A DNA stretch of 64,000 bases from Chiloscyllium plagiosum (lineage: Eukaryota), in assembly GCF_004010195.1 (NCBI RefSeq), contig NC_057718.1, positions 42,856,523 through 42,920,522 on the forward strand, in the 5' to 3' direction. The notes beneath the pieces are model-generated. The model ran no database searches. It was given only the letters and a program-made list of their open reading frames with translations, and was not told where the DNA came from. The position numbers and the translations under genes were made by a program. This document shows positions 1-11,872 of the stretch, in pieces (the first letter of the stretch is position 1; the number at the start of each line of letters is the position of its first letter).

Positions 1-1012
1 CAGAGTCTTAGATAGGTCAAAGTGTCAATTGTGTAAAAAGCCATATTTGTTATACTATAATGATTACTATCTGGTACTAAATTTCCTTATTGTTGAAAAG
101 CTATATATTTTTGTATGTGATATATTTTAGCATAAGCAAAGCAATAAGAAAGCTACTCAGTTTTGTTAGAGTATGGCAATATCCTTCAAGAGTGCTTTAG
201 TTCACCTCTGTATAGCTGGGGCTTTCTCTCTTAACCAAGTGATGTTTAACGGAAATTATAAGTGTGTGGATATCAGGTGAAGTTAGAACTAGATTCAGAA
301 TGTTGCTTCCATGCTCATTTAGTAATATTCATTGTAAAAATTAAAACAAGGAGGATAGTGATGAGGCTGAATTACCAGAGGGTGACTGAATTTGATCCTT
401 GGTTTGTACAAATTAACTGAGATTATGGAATCATAAAACAGCATGTGGTCAGCACTTCAAGAAAATAAGGGAGAAAATTGAAAAAAATATATGAATTTGC
501 TTTGAAAACCTTTCAGAGAACTCAGACTCAAGAACACAGCTTTGATTTTCCTTCAAACTCAGCTACCTTCTGTGGATGATTTTCACAGGGGAACAATCAA
601 AGATGAAAATAATTTGTATTGCTTTTGTCAGAACAGATGATTCACTGAGGATTGACAATGCTATAGAAAGAAATATCATCCACTTGTCTGAAAATACACT
701 TCTAAGTGAACTTATTTTTTTTTAATCTGTTGATTTTCTTTGGATGATTTTCATTCGGCTGCAGATTTCAACCAAGAAAAATAATCTGTAAATTATTACA
801 GGTGGAGTCAGTCAATTTTAGGTATCCTTTCGAACACTTTTATTAGGAATTGGGTAACACAGGTGTTGAATTTTATATATTGTAAATATACTAACCTATT
901 TTCTGTATAAAATTATAAAGCTAATAAGAAATTACACAGAAAAATTGAAAACTCAACTCATATAGCAACAAGCAGACAGGGTATAAGAAAATCTTTATTT
1001 TCCTTTTTCTAG

Positions 1013-1164
1013 CCAATCTATTTGATAGCAATGCTTCAATGGCTGTCATAAACTTGGCAGTAGAAAGTATCTCCATCCTGCTATCACTTTTATTGGGCAT
1101 AAATCACTCTTGGTTAGAAGTTTTATGCCCAAATCCGTTTACTGTCCTTGTTCGTAGTCTTTAA
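1013..1164 (+). CDS. Candidate terminal coding exon A of an unidentified host gene (hydrophobic, GPI-signal-like C-terminus)
   Basis: Strong acceptor tctttattttcctttttctAG (991-1012), then a phase-1 frame open for about 50 codons in AT-rich DNA: xNLFDSNASMAVINLAVESISILLSLLLGINHSWLEVLCPNPFTVLVRSL* (TAA 1162-1164). Gene not recognised. Confidence 0.3.
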
Positions 1165-1714
1165 ATTAATATTTATAAGCTGTTCACAGCACAGAGAGCT
1201 GCAGCAGTATATTCTTTGCTCGAGTTTAGTTTGTGCTGAATTCCCTCCTTGACCACTGACTCTACTTAATTACTAATAACCCCTTTTCACTCATTGTCAT
1301 TCATTGTCGCCCCCAACACACAAATCATAGCTTTTTGTGTTGTTTTAGCAGGAGGGACCTGAACTTTAGTAAAGTGTGTGGTGTAATTTATATGAGAAAT
1401 AGCTAAGCATTGATGCATGAAATAGAAGGTATCTTAACCACTTTATCACCTCAAGAACAGAAGTCTGAGGTTTGGGAATCTCATGTTTACTGTAAAATGA
1501 GTTACCTTAATAGAAGGCATCACCTTGATATTATCAATAGGAACCAGTGAATCTACTACATTTTATAAAGCCACCTAACCAATATCTGTGCAGCATATGT
1601 TTCCACAGAGACTGTGTTTGACTGAAATTGTTTTTCATCTATTTGTGAATTAAATAACAACTGTAGGATATGCAGATCTTTCATCAGTATGGTTTGATTG
1701 CTTTCTTTTTACAG

Positions 1715-1803
1715 CAAACATTTACTATAACTGTAGTGAGTTCAGAGACCCTGGCTGCCATAGTGACTACGAGCAAAGAGGCTGGTTCATGAAATATTGT
1801 TGA
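1715..1803 (+). CDS. Candidate terminal coding exon B of an unidentified host gene
   Basis: Acceptor ttgattgctttctttttacAG (to 1714); phase-1 frame xNIYYNCSEFRDPGCHSDYEQRGWFMKYC* (TGA 1801-1803); AT-rich repeat-free downstream sequence with AATAAA at 2254-2259. The phase-0 frame is also open for 25 codons, so the frame is ambiguous. Confidence 0.3.
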
Positions 1804-2439
1804 TTCATGACAGGGAGGAGAGGAGAGTGTCTGCTTTTGAAAGCTTTTTATATTGCTTAACAAGAATGGATTCCCTGATTCTTCCCTCTAAAATTCTGGA
1901 TATAAAGATACTTGCCTTGAGGTTATTACATGCCTGAAAGGAAATTTTTAATGTAAATTAGAGGAATTACAGTGGTATGGAATAAGCAGATAATCGTGTT
2001 CTTTAAAAAACAAAATCTCAAAGCATATGCTTAACCATATACTTTTTGCCTTGATTAGATCTTGTTTCTGCATTATCTGAAAAGTCATTCCCTTATTGGA
2101 ACCATTTCACAGTTTGCGTACATGGGATTGTATCTATATTAAACACTTGTGCATAAGAAAATTTCACATTTCTCATCGTGGAATCCTAGGTTAAAAAAAA
2201 CAAGTGTTCATAGTATAGGACATTAATTTAACTCAATGCTTTAAGTTTTACCAAATAAACCTGTCATGTGCTATGTTCATATGGCGGTAAATTGGGCTCT
2301 CTTTTTAAATAACATGTTTTCAACAAATGTTCAAAACGAGGGCCAAATCTGTGCACACAATTCTCATCATGTTGTATGAGTTTGATGTACTATTGCTCAC
2401 CCTAAGGCAGATTTGTTGCCATTAACCTGTATTCCTTCG

Positions 2440-2567
2440 AGACAAAAAAATGACAAATGCTGGAATCCAAGGCTCCTGAAGAAGGGTTACACCTGAAACA
2501 TTGACTTCTCCACTTCCCGATGCTGCCTGGCTTGTTACGTTCTTCCAACCTTATGTTTGTCTACCTT
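2440..2567 (+). mobile_element. Short Penelope-like pseudo-LTR remnant with degenerate hammerhead motif
   Basis: ctgaaga-a-gggt-tac-acct-gaaa-catt at 2476-2502 followed by gatgctgcctggc, homologous to the pLTR at 3420-3558. Confidence 0.7.
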
Positions 2568-3031
2568 ACTATCCTGTATCCTGGCAAGAATCTACAGTGT
2601 GGTGCTGGAAAAAAACAACAGGCCAGGCAGCATCCGAGGAGCAGGAGAATCGTCGTTTCGGCCACTACCAAACTATCCAAATGGCCTCCTTCTTCAAAGA
2701 CTGCAATTTCCCCTCTGACGTGGTCGATGATGCTCTCCACCGCATCTCCTTCACTTCCCGCACCTCCGCCCTTGAACCCCACCCCTCCAATCGCCACCAG
2801 GACAGAACCCCACTGGTCCTCACCTTCCACCCCACCAGTCTCCGGATACATCGTATCATCCTCCGTCATTTCCGTCACCTCCAAACAGACCCCACCACCA
2901 GGGATATATTTCCCTCCCCACCCCTATCAGCGTTCTGGAGAGACCACTCCCTCCGCGATCCCCTCGTCAGGTCCACACCCCACACCAACCCAACCTCCAC
3001 TCCTGGCACCTTCCCCTGCAACCGCAAGAAG

Positions 3032-3340
3032 NNNNNNNNNNNNNNNNNNNNNNNNNNNNNNNNNNNNNNNNNNNNNNNNNNNNNNNNNNNNNNNNNNNNN
3101 NNNNNNNNNNNNNNNNNNNNNNNNNNNNNNNNNNNNNNNNNNNNNNNNNNNNNNNNNNNNNNNNNNNNNNNNNNNNNNNNNNNNNNNNNNNNNNNNNNNN
3201 NNNNNNNNNNNNNNNNNNNNNNNNNNNNNNNNNNNNNNNNNNNNNNNNNNNNNNNNNNNNNNNNNNNNNNNNNNNNNNNNNNNNNNNNNNNNNNNNNNNN
3301 NNNNNNNNNNNNNNNNNNNNNNNNNNNNNNNNNNNNNNNN
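3032..3340. other. Assembly gap (309 N)
   Basis: Run of N. Confidence 1.
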
Positions 3341-3424
3341 CCTTCCACCCATCGTATTCCCAGCGCCCCTCCCCCAAATTCCCTCCCCCCTACCTTTTAT
3401 CTCAGCCCGCTTGGCACACCAGCC

Positions 3425-3465
3425 TCATTCCTGAAGAAGGGCTTATGCCTGAAACGTCGATTCTC
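3425..3465 (+). ncRNA. Minimal type I hammerhead ribozyme motif in PLE pLTR
   Basis: CTGAAGA-A-GGGC-ttat-GCCT-GAAA-CGTC (3431-3458): core boxes present, stem II closes with G-U, palindromic ACGT stem III, GUC cleavage triplet; stem I weak. Confidence 0.7.
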
Positions 3466-4031
3466 CTGCTCCTCGGATGCTGCCTGGCCTGCTGTGTTTT
3501 TCCAGCACCACATTTTTCAACTCTGGTCTCCAGCATCTGCAGTCCTCACTTTCTCCTAGGAATCTACAGTGGTAGAGGAAAATCATTGTCCAATGAGAAA
3601 AGGCTCTTGTCCGAATAAGATGTAATTTATTGGATGAGAACAACAATGCACAAGTTACAGATATGTAAAAGAGTATCTATGAGGAAGTCACAGGAGGAAA
3701 GTCTGACTCCTTCAAGATCCTGAAGTGTTCCTCCATCAGGCCCATATGGTATCATCATAGTAGCTGGTGCTTAAAGCATTCCTTGGCATTCACACTTTCA
3801 GACCCTTACAGGTTTATACGACAAATGTTCCACTGAATCCTGGTTGATGAGAAATTGCTGGTAGATGTTGATAGGCATGCAGTGAATTGAACTGTAAGTT
3901 GGTAGGATATGCCAGCTAAAGATGTTCACTCACTTTGACATTATACTTATTGCAACACTGTATCTGTGTTCTTAAAGCAACACTCTTGCCATTGATCTGC
4001 ACTGCTGCATGTTCTCATTACTTTCTGAATG

Positions 4032-4357
4032 TACAGAATCCTAAAAGTGTGGAAGCAGGCCATTTGGCCTATCAAGTCCACACTGACCCTCTGAAGAAGA
4101 TCGCACCCAGACCCACCCCCCTACACTATCTCTACCTAGCCTGCACATCTCAGGACACTATGGGCAATTTAGCAGGCCAACGCACCTAACCTGCACATCT
4201 TTGGACTGTGGGTGTAAACAGGAGCACCTGGAGGAAACTCACGCAGACATGGAGAAAATGTGCAAACTCCACATATAGTCACCTGAGAGTAGAATCAAAC
4301 CTGGGTCCCTGGCGCTGAGAGGCATCAGTTCTAACCACTGAGCTACTGTGCTGCCCC
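4032..4357 (-). mobile_element. HE1-type tRNA-derived SINE (shark V-SINE)
   Basis: Minus-strand tRNA-like head with A/B boxes (gtagctcagtggttag...ggtttgattc), central V-like domain (tgtggagtttgcacat) and CR1-like 3' tail; homologous to four other copies in the window. Confidence 0.9.
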
Positions 4358-4829
4358 TTATGGAAATATATGTCTCCTCTACCTCTCTCTGTTGCTTCAA
4401 ACCTCCGGTGCATTATAAGAAAACATTGGCACTCACTTCCTCGCGTGCTATTCACCATGATAGCACAGTTCAAAATCGCAAATCACTCCTTGCCATCACA
4501 AAATACCTCTCCTATAAAATGTGCTAGGTGTCTTTAAGTACAACAACAAAAGTTTATATTAGATGTGGCTTATTGTAAAAACGGTCCCAATCATCCAAAC
4601 TGGGTTGGAATCCTTTCTTCAAATGAAAATATTGCCCACATACCTTCAGAAGAGTTTTCCAGCCAAATTTTCAGAGCAAAAGTCATCCAGTGTAATCCAT
4701 TCCAGCAACCCACCCAAATAACACCTGGACAGATTGGTGCTGAAACCTTACACCTATTTTAAGAGAGTTGCTGCCCATACTCTGTTGTTTAAAGATCCTC
4801 AAAGCACTTTAACATCTACTGACAATAGG

Positions 4830-5260
4830 TAAGTATGTAAAGTAGGTGAGGGGATTGGGTGTCAGGTGAGTAAGTGGTGCAGGTACTAGGTAGTGAGGGC
4901 ACATGTGCTAAGTAGGTGAGTTAAGGTTCAGAGTAGGTTGGGGCAGATGTGTCTAAGGGAAGTTAAAGATTCATGGACAGGAATCTTGGGGATTAGCAGG
5001 GGGAGTTGGATCAGATTGAGTTAGATATAAGGTATGAGGAGTTGGGCTTGGGTCAGGTCCTGTAAGAGGGTAGAGTGTCTGTGAAGGTTTGGCAAGGAAT
5101 TGTGTCAGGAGTATATGAGGTGTTTCCTTGGATGTGGAAATGTCTTGGGTGTCCATAGAAGGTTTGGAGTGTCAGGGTTCAGATCAGCAGGCCAAGGGAG
5201 GATTGTGGGAGCATAGGGAGGGGAGATGGGTCCATGGGGGTTGGTGGAAAATAGTGCCAA
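4830..5260. repeat. G-rich low-complexity tract
   Basis: Repeated gtaggt/gtcagg/gggg words with strong G/C strand skew. Confidence 0.55.
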
Positions 5261-5964
5261 GTATCTATGTAGTTTGATAATGGGAACAGGGATCTTCAGT
5301 TAAAGGGGACAAGTTTACTGGTTAGCCAAGAGTTAGAGGAGGTTTTACTTCCTCTAACCTTTCTTGTCTAACTATTAAGAGAAGTGAGTTTGACCAACCT
5401 GAAGTCTCTGTCTCTTTTGGAGGGCCTTTTTGGAGGGCTCAACTCCTTGGGGAATTCCTGTGGAGGCAGCTGCATCAGGACTTCCACATGGTCCTGCAAA
5501 CAACTCCTGCCCACAATGATTATCTTCCAATTGGAAAACCTGGACTATATAATCCAAAGTGCTTCACAGGTTTACAAAATAAAACATGGAGATATTAGAT
5601 CAGATGACTAGCCTTAATGCCAAAACACTTGCTCAAAGATTTACAAATGTCTGAAAGCAGGAAAGTGAGGGGGAGAGATTTGGAAGGAAATTCAAGAGCT
5701 TAAGAACTAGACACCTGAAGAAAAAGTTACCAATAGCCATCAATATCGTATCCTGGTTATATGTGAATTATCATTGTGGTATTGTTGGTTGCAGTAGCAG
5801 AATACATTGTAATGAATAAGTCCAGATTAATTCTATATTACAATCCCTATGCCCATGTATAAAATCAATCAATATCTGTACCTTTCACATGTTTTTATTC
5901 AACTCTTAAATAGATTGAATGTATTTGCCGCTATAACAGTATTAGGCTAGGGTGGGGAATGTGG

Positions 5965-6830
5965 TTACTTCATTCTTGAGACATTGGCAATGCTACCATT
6001 TATTGCCCATTCTTGGCTGGCCTTAAGAGGATGGCACTGCATGTAAATTGTTTTCCTGAACCACAGCAGTGCAGGTATTTCCACTATATTGTAAGGCAGG
6101 GAGCTCCAGGATATTAATGCAGCACAATGAAAGAGCTGGCAATGCACTTCCAATGGTTTGTGAAATTTTAAGGTGATGACATTTTTACATAACAATGACC
6201 CTTGCCATTCTAGTTGATGGAAGGTGTGGACTTGAGGAGTGGTGAAAAACGTCTTGGTGAGCTGCTTCAGTGCATCCTGTACACATTGCACACTGCAGCC
6301 ATGGTGAGGGGCATGAATAATTAATGTGCTGAATAGGTTGCTGTTTGAGTAAACTGTTGTGTCCTGAATGGTGTTGAACTCCTTGAAGGTTGTTGCAGCT
6401 GTGCCTTCCTGGCTTGTGCCTTGGAGGTGGTGGACAAGCATTGCAGGGTAAAGAATTCTCAATCCCTGAGGTGCTTTAGTAACTGTCACATCTATGGCCA
6501 CTTAACGAATTGAGTTTCTGATCAGCAGTGCCAACAACCCCTCCACCTCATTCCACCAACCCCAAGGTGTTAATAATGGGAATTCTGAATTGGGAATATC
6601 ACTGAAAACTTTGGGGGGTGTTTACACTCTTCTGTTCTTGGCATTGGTCATTGCCTTCACTGGCAAGGTGCAAATGATCAGCCCAAATCTGCATGTTGTT
6701 TAGGTCTTGTGACATACGGGCACATACAATTTATTATCTGAGGAATGGAACTAAACAGTGCAATTATCAGTAAACAGGCCCACTCCGGACTTTAAAGATT
6801 GAATCATCGATGAGCAATGGGGGAATAAAA
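5965..6830 (-). mobile_element. Old LINE 3' fragment, second family (CR1/L2 group; tail shared with a tRNA SINE)
   Basis: Tail atttattgcccat...; degenerate ORF2 C-terminus ATTFKEFNTIQD...IHAPHH; homologous to 23630-25620, 33915-35340 and 55300-57110. Confidence 0.7.
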
Positions 6831-9322
6831 AGCAATCAAGGAACGGAAATTAAACATTCTCGATCTTTTTAGGCTGTAGTTATATAAATTGCTTCTGAGT
6901 TTAGTAAGAATTCCTCAGGACTAAACTGAAGGCAGATGGATAAACAAGAATATATTGTGCTGTATGAATGATAACACATTTGAAAAAAATCCTTACATTG
7001 AACTTGTCTTTTTTTGACATTCTGAGCTCACTGGTACTTTGAAATATTTATGATATTCTCAAACTTTTTTTTTTCATTAAAATGAGTCAATTTTTTTTCA
7101 TTAAAATGAGTCAAATGAGTTACAGCTTAGCACAAAGCTATTGACCTACAGTGAACAGGTTGCTATGCCAAACCCTTTGGACTTGTCTGCTGCAGTGGTT
7201 CCCTTTGAGGTGTTTCCTAGGCCTCCAGGTTCAGCATCTGCTGGTGTGGATTGAACATATGGGGAAGATATATCTTCTGTTTGGTAGCTTAAGGGACCTC
7301 AGTCTCTGACCATCTGAAATTGAAGAGATTAAATGTATGAATCTACATTGAAATGCATGCACAATATTGTACAAGTGATAGAGTGTTGTGAAAATGTGAA
7401 AGACCTTGAATGCACAAATGAGTTCTAAAGGACTTCTCAGCTAGTGTAGGAACATCTGTATTTTTTCTGAAACATAATTAAAATCTTTAAATTATTCAGA
7501 CTGTTTCAGATGATTTGCAATTCTGTAAGCAATTTTGGATGTGTACGTTAATTTGTTTTCATTGAATTTTTATATTTTTGTGAAGCTAATATTGACAATA
7601 ATTTGAGAATAACATGATTAATTTGACAGAGGAATCATTAGTATAGAAAAAATATTTTTAAACAAATAACCATGTAATTCTTATATCATCTTTGAATGTC
7701 TCAGCATTCATCGTGCAAATTCAGCCAAAATCAAAGTAATCCACAGAGTTTGCAGAGAAAATGAAATATTGACAAAGCTCTGTATTTCTCAGATAAAGTT
7801 AGTGATGTGAAATCACAGAAAGCTGTTTCGGAGTAAGGCTGGCTAAGGGTATTTGATATTCAACCTTATTAAGCACCTAAACCAGAAAAAGGCAGCCATG
7901 GACAATAAGGCAAGTACTTAATGCCAGGATATATGACTTCTGCTGATCCTCTTCTGAGTAATAATCATTTTCTTTCTGCAACAAAATCTGAAATGTGAGT
8001 TCCATCTTTCAGATCTTTGAGTTCCATAATAATTTGGGTTGCATTCTGAATCACAGAGTCTTATATTCAGACTTTCAGCTGATCCAATAAGCTCTCAGAG
8101 ACAGCAGACATTTGCTAAAGGGTAACTTTTTAAATTGAAAGTCTTAGACAAAAAACAATTAATGCACTTCACTGTTAGTTAAATAGTTGCAGGTAAAGGT
8201 AGGGAAAAAAGTACTTTTCTCTGTAGACCTGCTGAGTTGTTTTTGTTCAGCTTTTAGTTTATTTTCTTATTGCTTGCACTTTCTGAATACAGTGCTCAGA
8301 AATCTCCTTTGAGCACACATAGTTGGATTAATGATCATAAAGGTATTTAGAAATAGGAAAAATGTAGTAGACTGATAAGCCAAACATGTTTATACTTCAC
8401 TTGCAAAATATTGACAAAAGATCATGCATTACCTACCTAAAATTGCTGAATTTCTTTTTGCAATTTCTGGTGATTTCCTTAGGTCCCTTTTCCTTTGAAT
8501 ATTTGCTGTTAAAAGAGTAAGTGGCTTCAATGTTTCCTCAGTTTTTCAACACAACCTAGATTCAAAAAGAACTGAGACTCTAATGGTATCACCTGGACTG
8601 AAAGCTTACAGGAAGAAGAAGGGACAGAAAGCAATGCGACACTCACATTATCTTCCATGATTGACCTGTAGCCATCATCAGCAATTAAACATTGAGAGCT
8701 GCAGATATCTTTAGACAGTTCAGGTTTCCTGGCACTGCTGTGATTAGATTTTTCATTGCATCCCTGTGGTCAATAACAGCCTCTTTTTATTCATTTGCTT
8801 TCTTTTCCCCATAAAGTCTTTGAAGTGTTTCAAAGCATATTTGGGGAAGTTAACAACACTGGTTGACAGTCCCACAGAATGCCCAGAAAAGCTAGCTGCA
8901 ACCAACAGCCAACTTAAAGGCTGTTACTTTAACCCGAGTGCTCCATTTTGCTTTTCTGCTGTTTGTGATCATCTCCAATGGATTATAGAATAATTTAATG
9001 AAACCAGTACTCAAACAAAGGCTCCACAACAGTCTGTGGGCCAAAAACATTTAAATCGCAATAGAGTGAGCTCTGCATTCACCAGTAGGAGGCATTAACA
9101 AGCACCATGCCAGATGAATATATTAACAATTATTACTTTGTGCTAATGAATACTAATGTTAATGGGCAGGAAGTAATACAAGTAAACACTATAGGCCCAG
9201 ACCCTTCGGTCAGCACCAATGCCACTGCATGGATTTGTATTGAATGTTCAGGTTTAGTTTCAAATAAATGTTTAAGCCTTCCTGAAACAGCATCTGTTGT
9301 TAAGCTCTGTCAATTCAGATTA

Positions 9323-10304
9323 TGTTATGGACCAGGCCAGACCCCCTCAGAACATTTCAAGAAGGAAGCCCAGACCCTAACTTTTCTAGTTGTTTTAAGC
9401 AGGTGTAAAATAGATATTCCAATAGTGATGCAGTTGGTCAAAACCTCTCGGTTTTAAACAAAACATAATTTATTTACAGAGCACTGAATAAAACACAAAC
9501 AAAAGATAACAGAATACCGAATAACTTAACCTATCCGAAAACCCAACAGACTATTACAACTTAATGATGGTGTTCCAAATGTCTGCAATAGTGCCCGTAA
9601 ACATTCCCTTGGGAAAAAGGTAAAATCAGACACAGGTTCTTACAGGAGAGAGAGAGATGGCAGAGAGATTTAGCATGTAACCTCCTTCCACTGTAGCTGT
9701 CCCTTTAGATTGGCAGCTCCTGAACAGCCAGACTGCTAAAACCAAAACAAACCAGAGAAAAGCTGAGCTGGGAGAACTGGCCACTCCCCTTTCATTGTAC
9801 AAGATTTTTTAAAACTTAAGAGCTTCTTCAAATAAATAAACCCAGACATAGGGTCATAGAGATGTACAGTATGGAAACAGATCCTTCGATCCAACTCGTC
9901 CATGCCGACCAGATATCCAAATCTAATCTAGTCCCATTTGCCAGCACTTGGCCCATATCCCTCCAAACCCTTCCTATTCATATACCCATCCAGATGCCTT
10001 TTAAATGTTGCAGTTGTACCAGCCTCCACCACTTCCTTTGGCAGCTCATTCCATACATGCACCACCCTCTGCGTGAAAACGTTGCCCCTTAGGTCTTTTT
10101 AAAATCTTTCCCCTCTCACACTAAACCCATATCCTCTAGTTCTAGACTCCCCCACTCCAGGGAAAAGACTTTGTCTATTTATCCTATTCATACACCTCAT
10201 GATTTTATAAACCTCTATAACATCTTGGAACCCATCACTTTATGATCCCTCTGAAAAGAAAACCAAGGGCAATGTAACCTTCTTAAAGGAGTTGCAACAT
10301 CACA
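9323..10304 (-). mobile_element. Solo LTR (probably Gypsy), split by a CR1 3' fragment
   Basis: Termini TGTTATG...CATCACA (TG..CA, short inverted ends); flanks atta / atca (4-bp TSD, one mismatch); AATAAA on minus strand near 9469. Confidence 0.65.
9851..10220 (-). mobile_element. CR1 LINE 3' fragment
   Basis: Closely similar to the reverse complement of 24760-25138, including ORF2 end and 3' UTR. Confidence 0.9.
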
Positions 10305-10419
10305 ATCATACCTCTGTAATAACAACAAAAAAAAACAAGAGGAAATTCCTGAAATACATACAGGAGGTCAAGCCAAAGTGCTCTGATGCTAAGTTCAGTA
10401 TCAACGACATTCTACAATG

Positions 10420-10608
10420 ATTGCTGGAAAAATGCAGCAGGTCTGTGAGAGAAAACAGAGTTAACATTTCAAGTACAGTGACCCTTCTTCAGGAATCAAA
10501 ACATTAACTCTGTTTTCTCTCCACAGACACTGCCATACTTGCTGAGTTTCTCCAGCAATTTCTGTTTCTGTGTATTAGATTTCCAGCATCCGTAGTTCTC
10601 TGTTTTAT
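10420..10608. mobile_element. Short fold-back PLE-derived element
   Basis: Inverted arms (gagagaaaacagagttaa / ttaactctgttttctctc) around a degenerate minus-strand hammerhead ctgaaga-a-gggtcactgtactt-gaaa-tgtt. Confidence 0.65.
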
Positions 10609-11334
10609 AAAGATATTCTAGTTGGGACCCAAGCGGTACAATACTGCCCATTGGAAGTTTAAACTTCCTAGCTAAATCCACTTGGGACTTCCTCAGAAAA
10701 CAATGTGCAACATTGGTGAATATCTGAGCATTCAATGACGATTGCCATTGGAAGATCCAGCCAAACAATTGCAAACAAGTCATTGCAGTAACATTAAATA
10801 TTTAAGAAAATAACTTGTTTTACTGAACTTATGATACTTTACGGAACATAAAATATTTTACATCACTTTTTTTTTGTCCTTTCCATTTTCACATTCCCTT
10901 AATCCTAAAAACAAGACAATCAAGCTCAGGAATTGGGCTGGATTTTCCATGTCACTGGGTGATCTGATTGGAGATGTAGTGGGAGCCAGTAAAACTACAC
11001 AGACCCCCATCAAGGTGGCTCCTTACCTCATTCCTAACAAGTGGAACTTCCCTAGAAGCAAGCTGATTAAAGAATTGCCTGCCTAGTTTAGAGCGGGCCT
11101 CTGCGAGATATAAATTCAACCATCTCCTTAGATGCTGTATTCTATGGCAAGCCAACGTAACAGACCAATATCCATGAATCACATTAGGCAACAAAAGATT
11201 TTCAGAGATTTACAAGAGTTTTATTTTAAGTCCATTGTTCAGCTGAAATACCATTTTCCACAGTTCCCTTCTGTCCCTTTTCCTTATCCATAAGCTAACC
11301 CCTACCGGTAAAGAACCTAGATCTTTTATTTTGT

Positions 11335-11872
11335 GAAAAACCTGTTCAGACATCTCATGACACTCCTCTGGAGCAGCTGGGACTTAAACCCAGGTCTTCT
11401 GGCCAGAGGTAGGGACATTATCAATCTACCATGAGAACCCCATGAAACATTGACAGCAACACAGAACTACAGACATTTATACCCAAGACAAACTGTTTGT
11501 CCATACATGTCTCCTAAATATTTCCAAATCGACCTTTATACGATCTTTTGAACATCCCTGTGGAGCAGGTGGGATTGAAACTAAGCCTCTTGGCTCAGAG
11601 GTTTGGACACTCCCACTGCACCACAATAGCCTTCATGTTCAGACATGGTTTTAGTTAATTTGACTCATTTTCCTAATCAACCTGTTTGGAGATGTTCTCA
11701 TGCAATTCTGGAGCAGTTGGGATTTGGATTTGATCTGGAGGTAGAAATACCACAAATGCACCACAACAATCCTAACCTTGAGAATTCTTTTGTTAATTTA
11801 ATCTAATTTTCAAATGAATTTGTTCAGAGATGTCAAACTTGTTCAGAATTCTGGAGCAGGTGGGACATGAAC
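11335..11872 (-). repeat. Tandem array of four tRNA-like (SINE head) units
   Basis: ggagcag(c/g/t)tggga recurs at about 11370, 11562, 11710 and 11853; minus strand reads tggtgcagtgg...gtttcaatcccacctgctcc (A box / B box). Unit 4 is completed at 13992-14026 beyond the CR1. Confidence 0.7.

Larger units (their letters stand above)
2600..3559 (+). mobile_element. Penelope-like retroelement, 5'-truncated, with inverted 5' pLTR segment (contains assembly gap)
   Basis: ORF fragment ...RTPLVLTFHPTSLRIHRIILRHFRHLQTDP...IFPSPPLSAFWRDHSLRDPLVRS...GTFPCNRKK is the PLE RT-thumb/linker before GIY-YIG; 2598-2660 is the reverse complement of 3447-3511; 12-bp direct repeat gaatctacagtg at 2588-2599 and 3560-3571 (TSD). 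Confidence 0.9.

Noticed and set aside
1715..1735. 21-nt microexon ending at a GTGAGT donor-like site (1736)
   Set aside because: Exonic context of the donor is weak and the frames continue to a natural stop; kept only as an alternative reading of candidate exon B.
2501..3559. 352-aa ORF and other long ORFs around 2.5-3.5 kb
   Set aside because: Length is an artefact of reading through 309 N; only about 2680-3031 is real PLE coding sequence.
7066..7120. Short tandem duplication of ttttttcattaaaatgagtcaa
   Set aside because: Ordinary slippage duplication beside a T run.
11335..11872. Regularly spaced repeats suggestive of a CRISPR array or tRNA gene cluster
   Set aside because: Eukaryotic context, diverged units, no cas genes, no intact cloverleaf evident; best explained as SINE-head repeats.
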